Shown here: piece after piece, positions 28,195 through 37,702 of the stretch
Layout: each line of letters starts with the position of its first letter
How positions within the stretch are numbered: position 1 is the first letter of the stretch
Assembly: GCA_043747615.1 (NCBI GenBank)
Contig: JAYTOU010000007.1
Location: 1 to 64,000, forward strand
Source of the DNA: Myxococcales bacterium
GTDB lineage: Bacteria; Myxococcota_A; Polyangia; Polyangiales; Polyangiaceae
Direction: 5' to 3'
Length of the DNA stretch: 64,000 nucleotides
The notes under the pieces: generated by a model
The model's database searches: none
What the model was told of the DNA's origin: nothing
What the model saw: only the letters and a program-made list of their open reading frames with translations
Program-made: the position numbers and the translations under genes

Positions 28195-29262
28195 TCAGTG
28201 AGCCTCGACCTTCACCGTCGCAGGACGTGATTCGTCGGCGCGGATCGAGTAGCGCACGAGGGCGCGGAGCACCTGGTTGCGCTCCACGTTTCCGACGACG
28301 CTCTTGATGTCCTCATAGATGCTCGGATCGACGAGGAGAGCGCCGATGGTCCCCTTCCCCGCTTTGACGTTGGCCACGATTTGCCGCAGATCGTCGCTCA
28401 TTCCGTTGACGTTGCCCATCAAGTGCTGGGTGTCCGTGTCCCCGTAAATCAGGGCGTGAGCGAGCCCGTTGCCCTCGCGGATCGCGCGCAGATCTTTTTC
28501 GAGCTCGAGAAGAGAGCCCGAGGCGTTCTTCGACATGTCGCCGTCGTAAACGAGAGCGTGAGCAATGCCGGGGCCGTCTTTCATGTGCGTGGTGACGTCG
28601 CGAAAATCGGCGGACGAGCTCTGGAGGTTGTTGAGGATGGCGTCGAACTTCTGTCCTTCACCCTTGTCCATGATCGCGCGGTGAAGGACGCTGTCGTTCT
28701 TCGCGAGACCGTCCATGACTTCGCGAAGATCGCGCACGCTCGCCTTCACGTCGTCCGCGAACTGCGGGTCGCCAAAGGATCGCGTGCCGAGCTCGATGTT
28801 GTCGACGACCTTGCTTGCTTTGTTCGCCACCTTGGTGAGCTGGCCCAGCATGTCCACCGGCTCCTCGGTTTTCAGCGCTCTTCCAGGCTCCAGCATGGCG
28901 GCGATGCCGTCGGTCGAGAGCTCGATCATCTTGTCGCCGAGGAGCCCCTTGTTCACGACGTGGCCGATGGAGTCCTCGCGGATTCGGCTCGACTCTTTCT
29001 TCACGACACTGATCGTCACGTAGATGCGCGGGTCGTCGAGCTTGGGAGAGTGACCCACTTCGGTGACCGCCCCTATGTCGACGCCGCCCATGCGGACAGG
29101 TGCGCCCGGCTTGAGCCCCGCCACGTCGGAAAACGCGAGCGAGAATTTCACCTTCGGATCCCAGAGATTTTTGTTCTGACCGATCATGAAGACCGCGACG
29201 AGACTCAAGGCGAGCCCGACAAGAACAAAAATTCCGACTTTGATCGATTTCGACATGCGCAC
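28195..29262 (-). CDS. mlaD: MCE/MlaD family protein with helical extension
   Basis: IKVGIFV N-terminal TM, F.DVAGLKPGAPVRMGGVDIG.V, GLLGDKMIEL, GKGTIGALL. Confidence 0.85.
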   Translation of the reverse strand: MRMSKSIKVGIFVLVGLALSLVAVFMIGQNKNLWDPKVKFSLAFSDVAGLKPGAPVRMGGVDIGAVTEVGHSPKLDDPRIYVTISVVKKESSRIREDSIGHVVNKGLLGDKMIELSTDGIAAMLEPGRALKTEEPVDMLGQLTKVANKASKVVDNIELGTRSFGDPQFADDVKASVRDLREVMDGLAKNDSVLHRAIMDKGEGQKFDAILNNLQSSSADFRDVTTHMKDGPGIAHALVYDGDMSKNASGSLLELEKDLRAIREGNGLAHALIYGDTDTQHLMGNVNGMSDDLRQIVANVKAGKGTIGALLVDPSIYEDIKSVVGNVERNQVLRALVRYSIRADESRPATVKVEAH

Positions 29263-29270
29263 CCGTACTA

Positions 29271-29360
29271 GTCAACCTTTGAGCGACTGCGCCGCATGAT
29301 AAGCGTCATGCGGCCTGGTCAAACTTCGAGCGACTGTGCCGCACGAGAAGCGTCATGCGA
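29271..29360. repeat. Two-copy 47-bp tandem repeat with internal palindrome (REP-like)
   Basis: Units start at 29271 and 29318, 6 mismatches over 43 nt; unit 1 holds the GCCGCATGA-TAAGCG-TCATGCGGC hairpin. Confidence 0.75.
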
Positions 29361-29361
29361 C

Positions 29362-30198
29362 TCAATGAGACTCGAGAAGCGAGGCGACGTCTTCTGTTTC
29401 CGGTGCTCTGCCTTCGATGAAATCGCGCACGCGGCTATTGTCTGAGCTCTTGAACTCGTCGCGAGTGCCCGTGAGGAGCACCCTGCCTTTCGCGAGCATC
29501 ACCAGTCGATCGGACACCGCAAACGCCGTTCCCATGTCGTGGGTCACGACCAAGCTGGTGAGGCCGAGCGCTTTCTTGATTCCGTTGATCAGGTGGTTGA
29601 TCCGCGCCGTGTTGATGGGGTCGAGCCCGGTCGTCGGCTCGTCGTAAAGGAGCACCTCCGGTTGAAGCGCGAGGGTGCGCGCGAGACCGACGCGCTTCTT
29701 CATGCCGCCGGAGAGATCGCTTGGACGCATTGCTTCGATCCCCGGCAGACCGACGGCGGTGAGCGACTGCGACACGCGGTCCTTGATCTCGTCGTTCGAC
29801 ATCGTGTTCCAGAACTGTTCGCGGAGTCCGTAGGCAACGTTCTCCCCCACGTCGAGCGAATCGAAGAGCGCGGCACCCTGAAAAAGGTAGGCAATTCTCC
29901 GGCGAATATCGCGGAATTCGCGTTCGCCAAGGCTGGTCACATCGATTCCGTCGAAGGTGATCGTTCCCGAGTCGACCGGAACCAGACCGATGAGCATCTT
30001 CAGAAGAACGCTCTTTCCGGCACCCGACGCGCCCATGATCGTCGTGGTCTCGCCCTGGCGAATTTCGAGGTCGAGCCCGGAGAAGATCACCTTGGGGCCG
30101 AAGCGCTTGCACACGCCGTCGTAGCGGATGACGACCTCGCCCTTCGGCGTCTTGTTGGACGACGGCGGCGACTGAGAAGTACGCAGAGTAGCGGCCAC
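29362..30198 (-). CDS. mlaF: MlaF/Mkl-type ABC transporter ATP-binding protein
   Basis: GASGAGKS, FQGAALFDSL, LSGGMKKRVGLAR, YDEPTTGLDP, VTHD. Confidence 0.9.
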   Translation of the reverse strand: MAATLRTSQSPPSSNKTPKGEVVIRYDGVCKRFGPKVIFSGLDLEIRQGETTTIMGASGAGKSVLLKMLIGLVPVDSGTITFDGIDVTSLGEREFRDIRRRIAYLFQGAALFDSLDVGENVAYGLREQFWNTMSNDEIKDRVSQSLTAVGLPGIEAMRPSDLSGGMKKRVGLARTLALQPEVLLYDEPTTGLDPINTARINHLINGIKKALGLTSLVVTHDMGTAFAVSDRLVMLAKGRVLLTGTRDEFKSSDNSRVRDFIEGRAPETEDVASLLESH

Positions 30199-30221
30199 GC
30201 GCGGAGCCTAGCAGGCTCGGC

Positions 30222-30554
30222 CTACTTCGCGCTGTCTACGAGGATGTGCGCCCATACATCGTCGAGCCCGAGATCGGCCTTGGCGCTGTGGGTGACGCGC
30301 AGATCCGCCAGCGTGGCCGGCTTGCCGTCGATGAACACCTTCGTCTTCGTGGGGTCGACCCGGCCGCTGACGCTCCGCTTGCTCTGGAGCGGCGCGATGG
30401 TGACGTTAGAGGCGTCGACCGCGGTGATGATCCCCTGCACGCGCTTCTGGGTCGCATCGACAGACGAGCTCGAAACCAAAGAACCCGCGCCGGCGAGCGT
30501 CGAAGCCGTCAACCCGAGACAGATCACGATTCCCGCGAAGCACGTTCGGCTCAT
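30222..30554 (-). CDS. Small secreted hypothetical protein (OB-fold-like)
   Basis: Signal peptide, G.ITAVD, TKVFIDGKPATLADL. Confidence 0.6.
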   Translation of the reverse strand: MSRTCFAGIVICLGLTASTLAGAGSLVSSSSVDATQKRVQGIITAVDASNVTIAPLQSKRSVSGRVDPTKTKVFIDGKPATLADLRVTHSAKADLGLDDVWAHILVDSAK

Positions 30555-30643
30555 TGGCTCCCCCTGGCTAGGCAGGCGCCGTTATACGCGCAGAGCGGCC
30601 CCTGTCCAGGAGTTTCCGGTTCGCTCCGGATGATCCCGAGAGG

Positions 30644-31894
30644 CTAGACGGCGACTTCTTTGGTGAGGACGAGCGCGGGCGTCGCGCCCTTGGCGATGGG
30701 CTTGGAGCCGCCGCCCTTCGTCATCTCTTTGTCGAACCACTCCGTGATCGGAGCGGCGACGTAGATGCTCGAATAGGTGCCGGCGACGATGCCGACGACC
30801 ATGGCGAGCGCGAAGTCCTTGATGATGCCGGTGCCCCAGATGAAGAACGGGATGACGCTGAGCATCGTGGCGCCCGAGGTGAGGATGGTGCGCGAGAGGG
30901 TCTCGGAGACGCTCAGATTGATGATGTCCGAGAACGACTTCCCCCTGTGCTTCGAGAGATTTTCGCGGATTCGATCGTAGATGACGACGGTGTCGTTCAT
31001 CGAGTAGCCGACGATGGTAAGCACCGCGGCGATGGTCGAGAGCGTGATCTCTTTCCGGAAGATGATGAACACCCCGATGACCACCATCGCGTCGTGGACG
31101 CAGGCGATGACCACGCCCGGCGCGAACCGCAGGTCGAAGCGGAACGCGAGGTAGAGCATGATGAAGACGATGGCCACGGCCACCGAGTTTCGTGCGCTGT
31201 CGCGGAGCTGCTTACCGGCCTTGGGACCAACCCACTCCACGCGTAGGGCGCGCTCAGGAACCGCTTCCGGTCCGAGCTTCGTGCGCAGCGCGTCGAGGAG
31301 CTGATCCCCCTTGGATTGCAGCTGAATCTCGACTCGGTGGTCCCGCGGGTTGATGACTTGCGGGTTGGTGGAGGAGGCCCGCAGGTTGATGCCGGGCACG
31401 CTGCGCAGCTGCTCCTTGATCTTCTCGAGATCGGGGTCGGTGTCGTAGCGCGTGGCGAGCTTGTCGCCGCCCAGGCTGAACCTGACTTCGGTGGCGCGCG
31501 CACTGGCGGGACAGGCCTTCTCGTCGGTCACCGGCGCCTTCGGGTCTTCCGTGAGGCACAGCGCTTTCTTCAGCTTCTCTTTGTCACCTTCGCCGACGAC
31601 GCTCACGTCTTGAACGCGAATGAGGAAGTGGTTGGGATTCGCGGCGTCGACGACTTGGACCACGTCGGGCGTGCTGAATCCGCTTGATTCAACCGCTTTT
31701 CTTAGGGCGGCAGCGTCGGTCGGCTTGTTGAACGCCACCTCGAGCTCGGTGCCGCCGCGAAAGTCCGTTCCGTAGTTCGGACCCGGCCAGAACATGAGGA
31801 TGGTCGACAACACAACGAGACTGAGCGAGAGGGTGATCCAGAATTTCCTCTGGCCCATGAAGTCGAATTGGCGACCCGGCTTGAAGAATTCCAT
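30644..31894 (-). CDS. secF: Protein translocase subunit SecF
   Basis: GTDFRGG, VGPKAG, HD, GYSMNDTVVIYDRIRE, GTYSSIYVA. Confidence 0.96.
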   Translation of the reverse strand: MEFFKPGRQFDFMGQRKFWITLSLSLVVLSTILMFWPGPNYGTDFRGGTELEVAFNKPTDAAALRKAVESSGFSTPDVVQVVDAANPNHFLIRVQDVSVVGEGDKEKLKKALCLTEDPKAPVTDEKACPASARATEVRFSLGGDKLATRYDTDPDLEKIKEQLRSVPGINLRASSTNPQVINPRDHRVEIQLQSKGDQLLDALRTKLGPEAVPERALRVEWVGPKAGKQLRDSARNSVAVAIVFIMLYLAFRFDLRFAPGVVIACVHDAMVVIGVFIIFRKEITLSTIAAVLTIVGYSMNDTVVIYDRIRENLSKHRGKSFSDIINLSVSETLSRTILTSGATMLSVIPFFIWGTGIIKDFALAMVVGIVAGTYSSIYVAAPITEWFDKEMTKGGGSKPIAKGATPALVLTKEVAV

Positions 31895-31895
31895 G

Positions 31896-33917
31896 TCAGC
31901 TCCTGAACTCCCCGCCGACGCTCAGCCGCTTGACCTTCGCGCCACGTGTCCACCAATCAAAGACCAGGCGCGTGCAGAACACGCCCGTAAAGAGGCTGCA
32001 AACGATGCCTACGATCAGGGCGACCGCGAAGCCTTTGACCGGGCCAGTGCCGTACTGCGCGAGGATGAGCCCGGAGATGAAGACGGTGACGTGACCGTCG
32101 AGAATCGACGAGAAGGCTTTGTCGTACCCCGCTTCGACCGCCGCGCGCACGCTTCTCCCCGCTCGTAATTCCTCACGGATACGTTCGTTGATGAGGACGT
32201 TCGCGTCGACGCTCATACCGATGGTCAGAGCGAGCCCCGCGATTCCAGGGAGGGTCATCGTGGCGCTGAACGAGGCCAAGATCGCCATTTGAAGGAGGAG
32301 GTTGAAGAGCACCGCGAGGTCGGCCACGACGCCCGATTTATGGTAGTAAAAAGCCATAAACAGGAGAACGAGGCTCGCTCCGGCCATCATGCCCTTCACT
32401 CCTTGGCCAATGGCGTCGCGCCCGAGCGAGGGGCCGATGAGAGACTCATTAGACGGCGTGATTGGGGCAGGCAGCGCGCCGGACCGAAGCACGAGCTCGA
32501 GCTTGCGTGCGTTCTGAAGCTGCTGCTCCGGGTCTCCGGCTCCGAGGGTGATGCTGGCGCGACCGCCGCCGATCTTGGATTTGATGACCGGCGCCGAGTC
32601 GATGATGTCGTCGAGAATGATCGCGAAGCGCCGCTGGATGTTCGCGCCGGTGACCTCTTCGAAGCGCTCGGCGCCCGCCGGGCTGAAGGTGATCCCGACG
32701 TAGTAGCTGCCTACGCCGTTCTGCTGGTCTTGAGCGACGGTGGCATCGGTGATGCTGTCGCCGGTGACTTCGGCGCGCGCAAACAGATAGTACGTGCGCC
32801 AGCCGGCCTCGGTCGTTTTCTGGGTGTCCGCGTCGTAGTCGGTCACGGCCTCGAAGCCGACCTGGTGATCGTCCGGCACGCCGAGCGTCGCTACCCATTT
32901 TTTGAAACGCTCGCGCGTCTCCGGGAGCGTCTCTTTCTCGCGCTTCGTCATGCGCGCAAAGTGGGTCTGTACCGTCTTGCCCGGGCCGGCCGGAGCGTTC
33001 TGCTGGAAGATCGAAATGCCCTCGCCTTCGGGGAGCTCGTCTTCCTTGATCTTGGCGAAGAAGTCCGTCTCGTCGTCGACCATCTTGAACTCCAGACGGG
33101 CCGTGCGGCGGATGATTTCCTTGATGTCGTCGAACGCTTTTTTGTTCTCGCCCGGGACCTCGACGATGATGTCCTCGTCGCGGGTGGTGACGTTCGCTTC
33201 GCGGAGGCCGAGCTCGTCGACGCGGCGATTCACGGTCTCCTTCGCCTGGGTGACGGCGCGCTCGCGGATCGATGACTCGACTTCCGAACGGATCTTAAAG
33301 GTGACCTCGTCCGGCGCGGGGCCGCGATTCTGAGCAAGCTCGGCGGCGAACTTCTTCTGGTAGCGATCGTCGATCTTGGTGATGTCCGCCACGTCCTTGA
33401 ACTTCAGGCGGATGAGCGCGCTCTCGGGCGTCGAGACGTGAACTTTTTCTTCGAGCTTGTTGTACTCGTCGCGGGTCACGAGCGCGTCGCCGGAGTGGAT
33501 CGCGAAGATCGTCGCAAGCTCCTGGCGCATCTCGTCGGCGATGTGATCGCGCTTGTCGCGAATGGCCTCTTCGACCTCCACCGTGTAGACGAGGCGCATT
33601 CCGCCTTGCAAATCGAGCCCCGGCGCGATGCCGAAGGTGATGTTGTCACGGACGTAGGCCGGGCAGTGCAGCGCCCCTCTACTCACGCTGTCTATCGTGG
33701 GCCAGAGAATGAAGGCTGCCAGCAGGAACGAGCAAAACGCGAAGCCGGCCTTGAAGCGCCACGCGGCGTCCATGACGGGCAGCAGCCCGAAGAGCGACCA
33801 CACGACCACGAGCGCCATCGTGACGACGCCCCAGAAGGAATCCGCTCGGAAGAAGAGGTAGCCGGAGAGCGCCGCGACGAAGGCGACAATCAGCGCGTTG
33901 CGCTTGGAAGAATTCAC
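31896..33917 (-). CDS. secD: Protein translocase subunit SecD
   Basis: GLDLQGG, RRVDELG, LRSGALPA, GPSLG, TLPGIAG, VDANVLINERIREE. Confidence 0.96.
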   Translation of the reverse strand: MNSSKRNALIVAFVAALSGYLFFRADSFWGVVTMALVVVWSLFGLLPVMDAAWRFKAGFAFCSFLLAAFILWPTIDSVSRGALHCPAYVRDNITFGIAPGLDLQGGMRLVYTVEVEEAIRDKRDHIADEMRQELATIFAIHSGDALVTRDEYNKLEEKVHVSTPESALIRLKFKDVADITKIDDRYQKKFAAELAQNRGPAPDEVTFKIRSEVESSIRERAVTQAKETVNRRVDELGLREANVTTRDEDIIVEVPGENKKAFDDIKEIIRRTARLEFKMVDDETDFFAKIKEDELPEGEGISIFQQNAPAGPGKTVQTHFARMTKREKETLPETRERFKKWVATLGVPDDHQVGFEAVTDYDADTQKTTEAGWRTYYLFARAEVTGDSITDATVAQDQQNGVGSYYVGITFSPAGAERFEEVTGANIQRRFAIILDDIIDSAPVIKSKIGGGRASITLGAGDPEQQLQNARKLELVLRSGALPAPITPSNESLIGPSLGRDAIGQGVKGMMAGASLVLLFMAFYYHKSGVVADLAVLFNLLLQMAILASFSATMTLPGIAGLALTIGMSVDANVLINERIREELRAGRSVRAAVEAGYDKAFSSILDGHVTVFISGLILAQYGTGPVKGFAVALIVGIVCSLFTGVFCTRLVFDWWTRGAKVKRLSVGGEFRS

Positions 33918-33930
33918 GTTGGTTCGAAGC

Positions 33931-34347
33931 TCACTTTTTGTCGGCCGCGACGGCCTTCGCGTCTTTCAGATCTTTCAGTTCGCTGTCCTTCGCCGTAGCG
34001 GCCTGCTCGAGCGGCGAGATTGCGCTCACGAGCATCTGCACGGTGGTGCCAGGAGCGATCTTTACCTTGGCAATTCGCTCATCCATCTCGATGAGGTCGC
34101 CGATGAGGCCCGACGAGGAGACCACGCGATCGCCTTTTTTCAGCTTGGAGCGCTGCTCTGCCTCTTTCTTCTGACGCCGAAACATCAGGAAGAGAAACGG
34201 CACGATCATGATGATCGGCAAGAACGTGATGATGCCGCCGCCGGCGGGCGCACTCTGAGGTGCGGAGGGGCTGGACGTCGCGTCGTGAGCTACGCCGGGG
34301 GTACCCGACTTGGGCGGCACGGTCTGAAGAGCGAGGAGATGATGCAC
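33931..34347 (-). CDS. yajC: Preprotein translocase subunit YajC
   Basis: Single TM, then [15 protein letters not shown]; upstream of secD. Confidence 0.93.
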   Translation of the reverse strand: MHHLLALQTVPPKSGTPGVAHDATSSPSAPQSAPAGGGIITFLPIIMIVPFLFLMFRRQKKEAEQRSKLKKGDRVVSSSGLIGDLIEMDERIAKVKIAPGTTVQMLVSAISPLEQAATAKDSELKDLKDAKAVAADKK

Positions 34348-34492
34348 GGGGAAACTGCTCCGATCTGGACTGCGTCACGGGAAACCCGTGAGCGCGGCGT
34401 CGGTTCCAACAGCGGGAAATACCGATCTATGCCGGGGCTCAAGTAGCCACAACCCAGCCAACCGTCAATGATCCGCCTGGGGTGCCGCTGCG

Positions 34493-35407
34493 TCAGCCGT
34501 CTTTTGCGCAGCGGAAACCGACGTTCGGACCCGCTTCGAGAACCGAGCCCCAGTTGCGGGTCGTGGTCCGGCTCGCCGACGGGGCAGAGAGCCAGCCGCC
34601 TCCGCGAAGCACGTGGCTTGCTCCCGAGCGCGGGGAAGCTCCCTCGGCGAGGTTCTCTGCGTACCAGTCGCTCGTCCATTCTTCGACGTTGCCGCTGAGG
34701 TCGAGGACTCCAAACGCGCTCGTCCCCTGAGGGTGCGTGCCGACCGCGCTCGGGCGCTTGCCGACACAGCTCTTCGAGGTGCCCTCGTTAAGGAGAGTGA
34801 CGGCGGTAGAGCAGCTCGTCGACGCGCCGCCCCAAGGGTAGCGGATGGGCGAGACCCCTCGAGCCGCGAACTCCCACTCCGATTCGCGCGGCAAACGCCG
34901 GCCGAGGTTGCGGCAGTAGGACTCGGCGTCGCTCCAGCGAATGCAGGAGACCGGGAGCTCCGGATCATCGAGATCGTACGTGCAAAGAAGACTCGCGCGC
35001 TGTGGACGGATGCATTGATGCTTGTCGACGCACGCGCGAAAGGCCCGCACCGAGACCTCGGTTTTGTCGATCCAGAACGTCGCCAAGGTGACCGCGTGGG
35101 GCGGACGTTCGTTCGGCGAAGCGAGCGGGTCGGCCGAGCCCATCGTGAACTTGCCCCCGGGGAGGCGGAGCATTCCGTCTTGAAAGGGGATGGGCACGCG
35201 CGGGGCGTTCGGATGCGGCTTCGCGCTCGCGGCAGCGCTCGGAGCTGGAGGCGTCGAGTACGGATTGTCGTCTTCGGCACCGTCGTCGATGGGATCTTGC
35301 GCTTTGTGACCATCGGCCTGCGCCGCGGCATGACGCGCGATCATCGGCCCAACCAGAGCGATACCGAGCGCGAGCATCGCGGCGACGCGGCTCGCCGAGG
35401 CCTTCAC
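34493..35407 (-). CDS. FGE-sulfatase (SUMF1/EgtB/PvdO-like) domain secreted protein
   Basis: GGKFTMGS, RLPRESEWEFAARG, DLSGNVEEW, RGGGW, GFRC; GTG start overlaps upstream TGA. Confidence 0.88.
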   Translation of the reverse strand: MKASASRVAAMLALGIALVGPMIARHAAAQADGHKAQDPIDDGAEDDNPYSTPPAPSAAASAKPHPNAPRVPIPFQDGMLRLPGGKFTMGSADPLASPNERPPHAVTLATFWIDKTEVSVRAFRACVDKHQCIRPQRASLLCTYDLDDPELPVSCIRWSDAESYCRNLGRRLPRESEWEFAARGVSPIRYPWGGASTSCSTAVTLLNEGTSKSCVGKRPSAVGTHPQGTSAFGVLDLSGNVEEWTSDWYAENLAEGASPRSGASHVLRGGGWLSAPSASRTTTRNWGSVLEAGPNVGFRCAKDG

Positions 35408-35835
35408 AGCGTGTGACTTTCGGAACCAGGTGCGGCGGGCGGGAGCGTCTCGTCGCCCGGCCCGGGTGCATCTGGCAGAGGAGGCGCAGGCGGGGCCACC
35501 GGAACGCTGCCGGCCCAGCGGACGCAGACCCCGACCACGTTCGCCATCGAGTAGCCCTGATCCACGTGAACGCGGATGACGGCGTCGCAGCCGACGCGTG
35601 CTGCACGCAGAGCGAGGGCCTTGGTGATGTGCTCGCCGTTCGCGTCGCTTCCGTGACCCACGGCTTGGAGAAGGCCGACCTCGTAGAACGGCCTCTGCGG
35701 ATTCTGACCGGCCACGTATACCTCGACGCCTTGTGCGGCGGGCGGCCCGGGCGGGCGAAGCAGCACTTCGTGAACCTCGGTGAAACCGCATCCTGCGAGC
35801 GCGAGCGGAACGACGAAGAAGAAGCGCGAATCCAT
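35404..35835 (-). CDS. Lipoprotein, YbjQ/heavy-metal-binding-like fold
   Basis: Lipobox LALAGC, RPFYEVGLL, AARVGCDAVI. Confidence 0.65.
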   Translation of the reverse strand: MDSRFFFVVPLALAGCGFTEVHEVLLRPPGPPAAQGVEVYVAGQNPQRPFYEVGLLQAVGHGSDANGEHITKALALRAARVGCDAVIRVHVDQGYSMANVVGVCVRWAGSVPVAPPAPPLPDAPGPGDETLPPAAPGSESHTL

Positions 35836-36281
35836 TACTCACCTGTCTCCGCACCCGAGCGAACGAGCTCAGCGTGACCGTGAATCGAAAGGACCATCGC
35901 TTCGTAGCGCACCGGATACAGCCGGGTGCCGACGCAGGTGTAGAAGCCGCACGGGTACGTGTACGATTCGGCGTCGAGACGCTCGACCATCCGAAAATCG
36001 GCGCCGACGTTGTCGACCACGGCCGCGTTTCCGCCAAGCGAGGCGACCTTCTGAACGAAGAGCGGCAGAAGCGTTTCGACCGTCGCTTCCGTTTGGTACG
36101 CGTGCACTTCGACTACGCCGAGATCGGTCGCGGCGGCCGGGCGGTTAGCCATGAACACGCTGACCGCACCAACGTGGGCCGGCAACCGCAGCGGCCCGGT
36201 AGCGATCGCAGTCGCCCGCACCGACGAGCATCCAAAGCCCGTCGCGGCAAGCAGCAAGATCAGCGTGTTCGCGTTTTTCAT
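35835..36281 (-). CDS. Lipoprotein, YbjQ-like fold (paralog of neighbour)
   Basis: Lipobox TGFGC, DLGVVEV, VASLGGNAAVV. Confidence 0.65.
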   Translation of the reverse strand: MKNANTLILLLAATGFGCSSVRATAIATGPLRLPAHVGAVSVFMANRPAAATDLGVVEVHAYQTEATVETLLPLFVQKVASLGGNAAVVDNVGADFRMVERLDAESYTYPCGFYTCVGTRLYPVRYEAMVLSIHGHAELVRSGAETGE

Positions 36282-36334
36282 CCGACTCCAAATGGTAGGC
36301 CTCGCTTGGCCGTCGGCAAGCTGCACTCCGCCTT

Positions 36335-37648
36335 CTAGAGCAGATTTGCGGCGATCTCAGCAAGCTCGCTGCGCTCACCCTTGGCAAGCACGATGTGTCC
36401 CGCCAACTTCTCGCCGCGAAATTTGTCGGCGGCGATGGTGAGCCCATTGGAAGCGCTGTCTACGTACGGGTTGTCGATCTGCCCCGGATCACCGGTGAGG
36501 ACGATCTTGGTGCCGTCACCCGAGCGGGTGATGATCGTCTTGATCTCGTGAGGCGTGAGGTTCTGGGCTTCGTCGACGATCATGTATTGCTGCGGCAAGG
36601 AGCGACCGCGAATGTACGTCAGCGGCTCGACCTGAATTTGACCGCTCTCGAGCAACTCGGCGTAGGCGCGCGGGCCTTTGCGCGTACCGCTCGAGAAGAG
36701 AAATTCGAGGTTGTCGAAGATCGGCTGCATCCAGGGATTGAGCTTTTCGTCCACGTCGCCCGGCAAAAAACCGAGATCGCGACCGAGTGGCATTACCGGA
36801 CGCGACACGAGAATGCGGGTGTAGGCGCCGTCTTCCACGGTGCGTTTCAGGCCTGCAGCGAGCGCGAGCAGCGTCTTGCCGGTGCCCGCTTTTCCGATGA
36901 GGGTGACCAGGCGGATCGATTCGTCGAGGAGAAGATCGATGGCGTAGCTCTGCTCTTTGTTGCGCGGGCGAACGCCCATGATTCCTTCACGCGGCGTGCG
37001 GAGCGCGACGACTTCTTTCTTCGTCGCCTCGTACCGACCAAGCGCGGTGTGGGAGGGATTGGTGCGGTCCCGTAGGAGGATGCACAGGTTCGCAGAGAAA
37101 CCCTCGGCATCTTTCGGAACGAAGCGCCCTTCGTGGAAAAATGCATCGATTTCACCGGCATCGACGTCCAGCTCTTTGATGCCGGTGTCGAGGGTATCGG
37201 CCTCGACGCGCATGTTCTCGTACGTCTCGGAGACCATCCCCAGGGCATCCGCGCGGATGCGGAGGTTGGTGTCCATCGTCACGAAAATCGTTGGGCGTCC
37301 GGGCTCTTCTTCACGGATGGCAAACGCGGTCTGCAAGATCGCGGCATCCATCGCCGCCTTGTCGATCGCGCTCGGAAGCTCGGGGCGCTTGGAGGGCACG
37401 GCAACGCGCAGCGTCCCGCCCGACTTCAGGGGCACGCCTTTCGAGAGCGAGCCACCCGATTCCCGGAGATCGTCGAGGACCCGCGCGATCTGGCGGGCGT
37501 TGCGACCACGCTCGGAGCCTTCGCGCTTGAACTGATCAACCTCTTCGATACAGAAGATCGGGATGATGACGTCGTTGTCTTCGAACTTGAAGATCGCTTG
37601 GGGGTCGTGGAGGAGAATGTTCGTGTCGAGGACGTAGTTCTTCTTCAT
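36335..37648 (-). CDS. PIN-PhoH (PhoH2) protein
   Basis: YVLDTNILLHDP PIN domain, GKAGTGKT, IRGRS, DEAQN, GDPGQID. Confidence 0.93.
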   Translation of the reverse strand: MKKNYVLDTNILLHDPQAIFKFEDNDVIIPIFCIEEVDQFKREGSERGRNARQIARVLDDLRESGGSLSKGVPLKSGGTLRVAVPSKRPELPSAIDKAAMDAAILQTAFAIREEEPGRPTIFVTMDTNLRIRADALGMVSETYENMRVEADTLDTGIKELDVDAGEIDAFFHEGRFVPKDAEGFSANLCILLRDRTNPSHTALGRYEATKKEVVALRTPREGIMGVRPRNKEQSYAIDLLLDESIRLVTLIGKAGTGKTLLALAAGLKRTVEDGAYTRILVSRPVMPLGRDLGFLPGDVDEKLNPWMQPIFDNLEFLFSSGTRKGPRAYAELLESGQIQVEPLTYIRGRSLPQQYMIVDEAQNLTPHEIKTIITRSGDGTKIVLTGDPGQIDNPYVDSASNGLTIAADKFRGEKLAGHIVLAKGERSELAEIAANLL

Positions 37649-37702
37649 CAGGAGTTTCGCGCACTCTCCTTCTCGGGCCCTTCGAGCGCAAGCGGAAGCG
37701 AC

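Noticed and set aside
29271..29360. Mini CRISPR array
   Set aside because: Only two adjacent units, no unique spacers, no cas genes.
36335..37648. PIN-PhoH as a toxin-antitoxin module
   Set aside because: No small antitoxin ORF upstream (54-bp gap to the DUF2332 gene); ordinary PhoH2.
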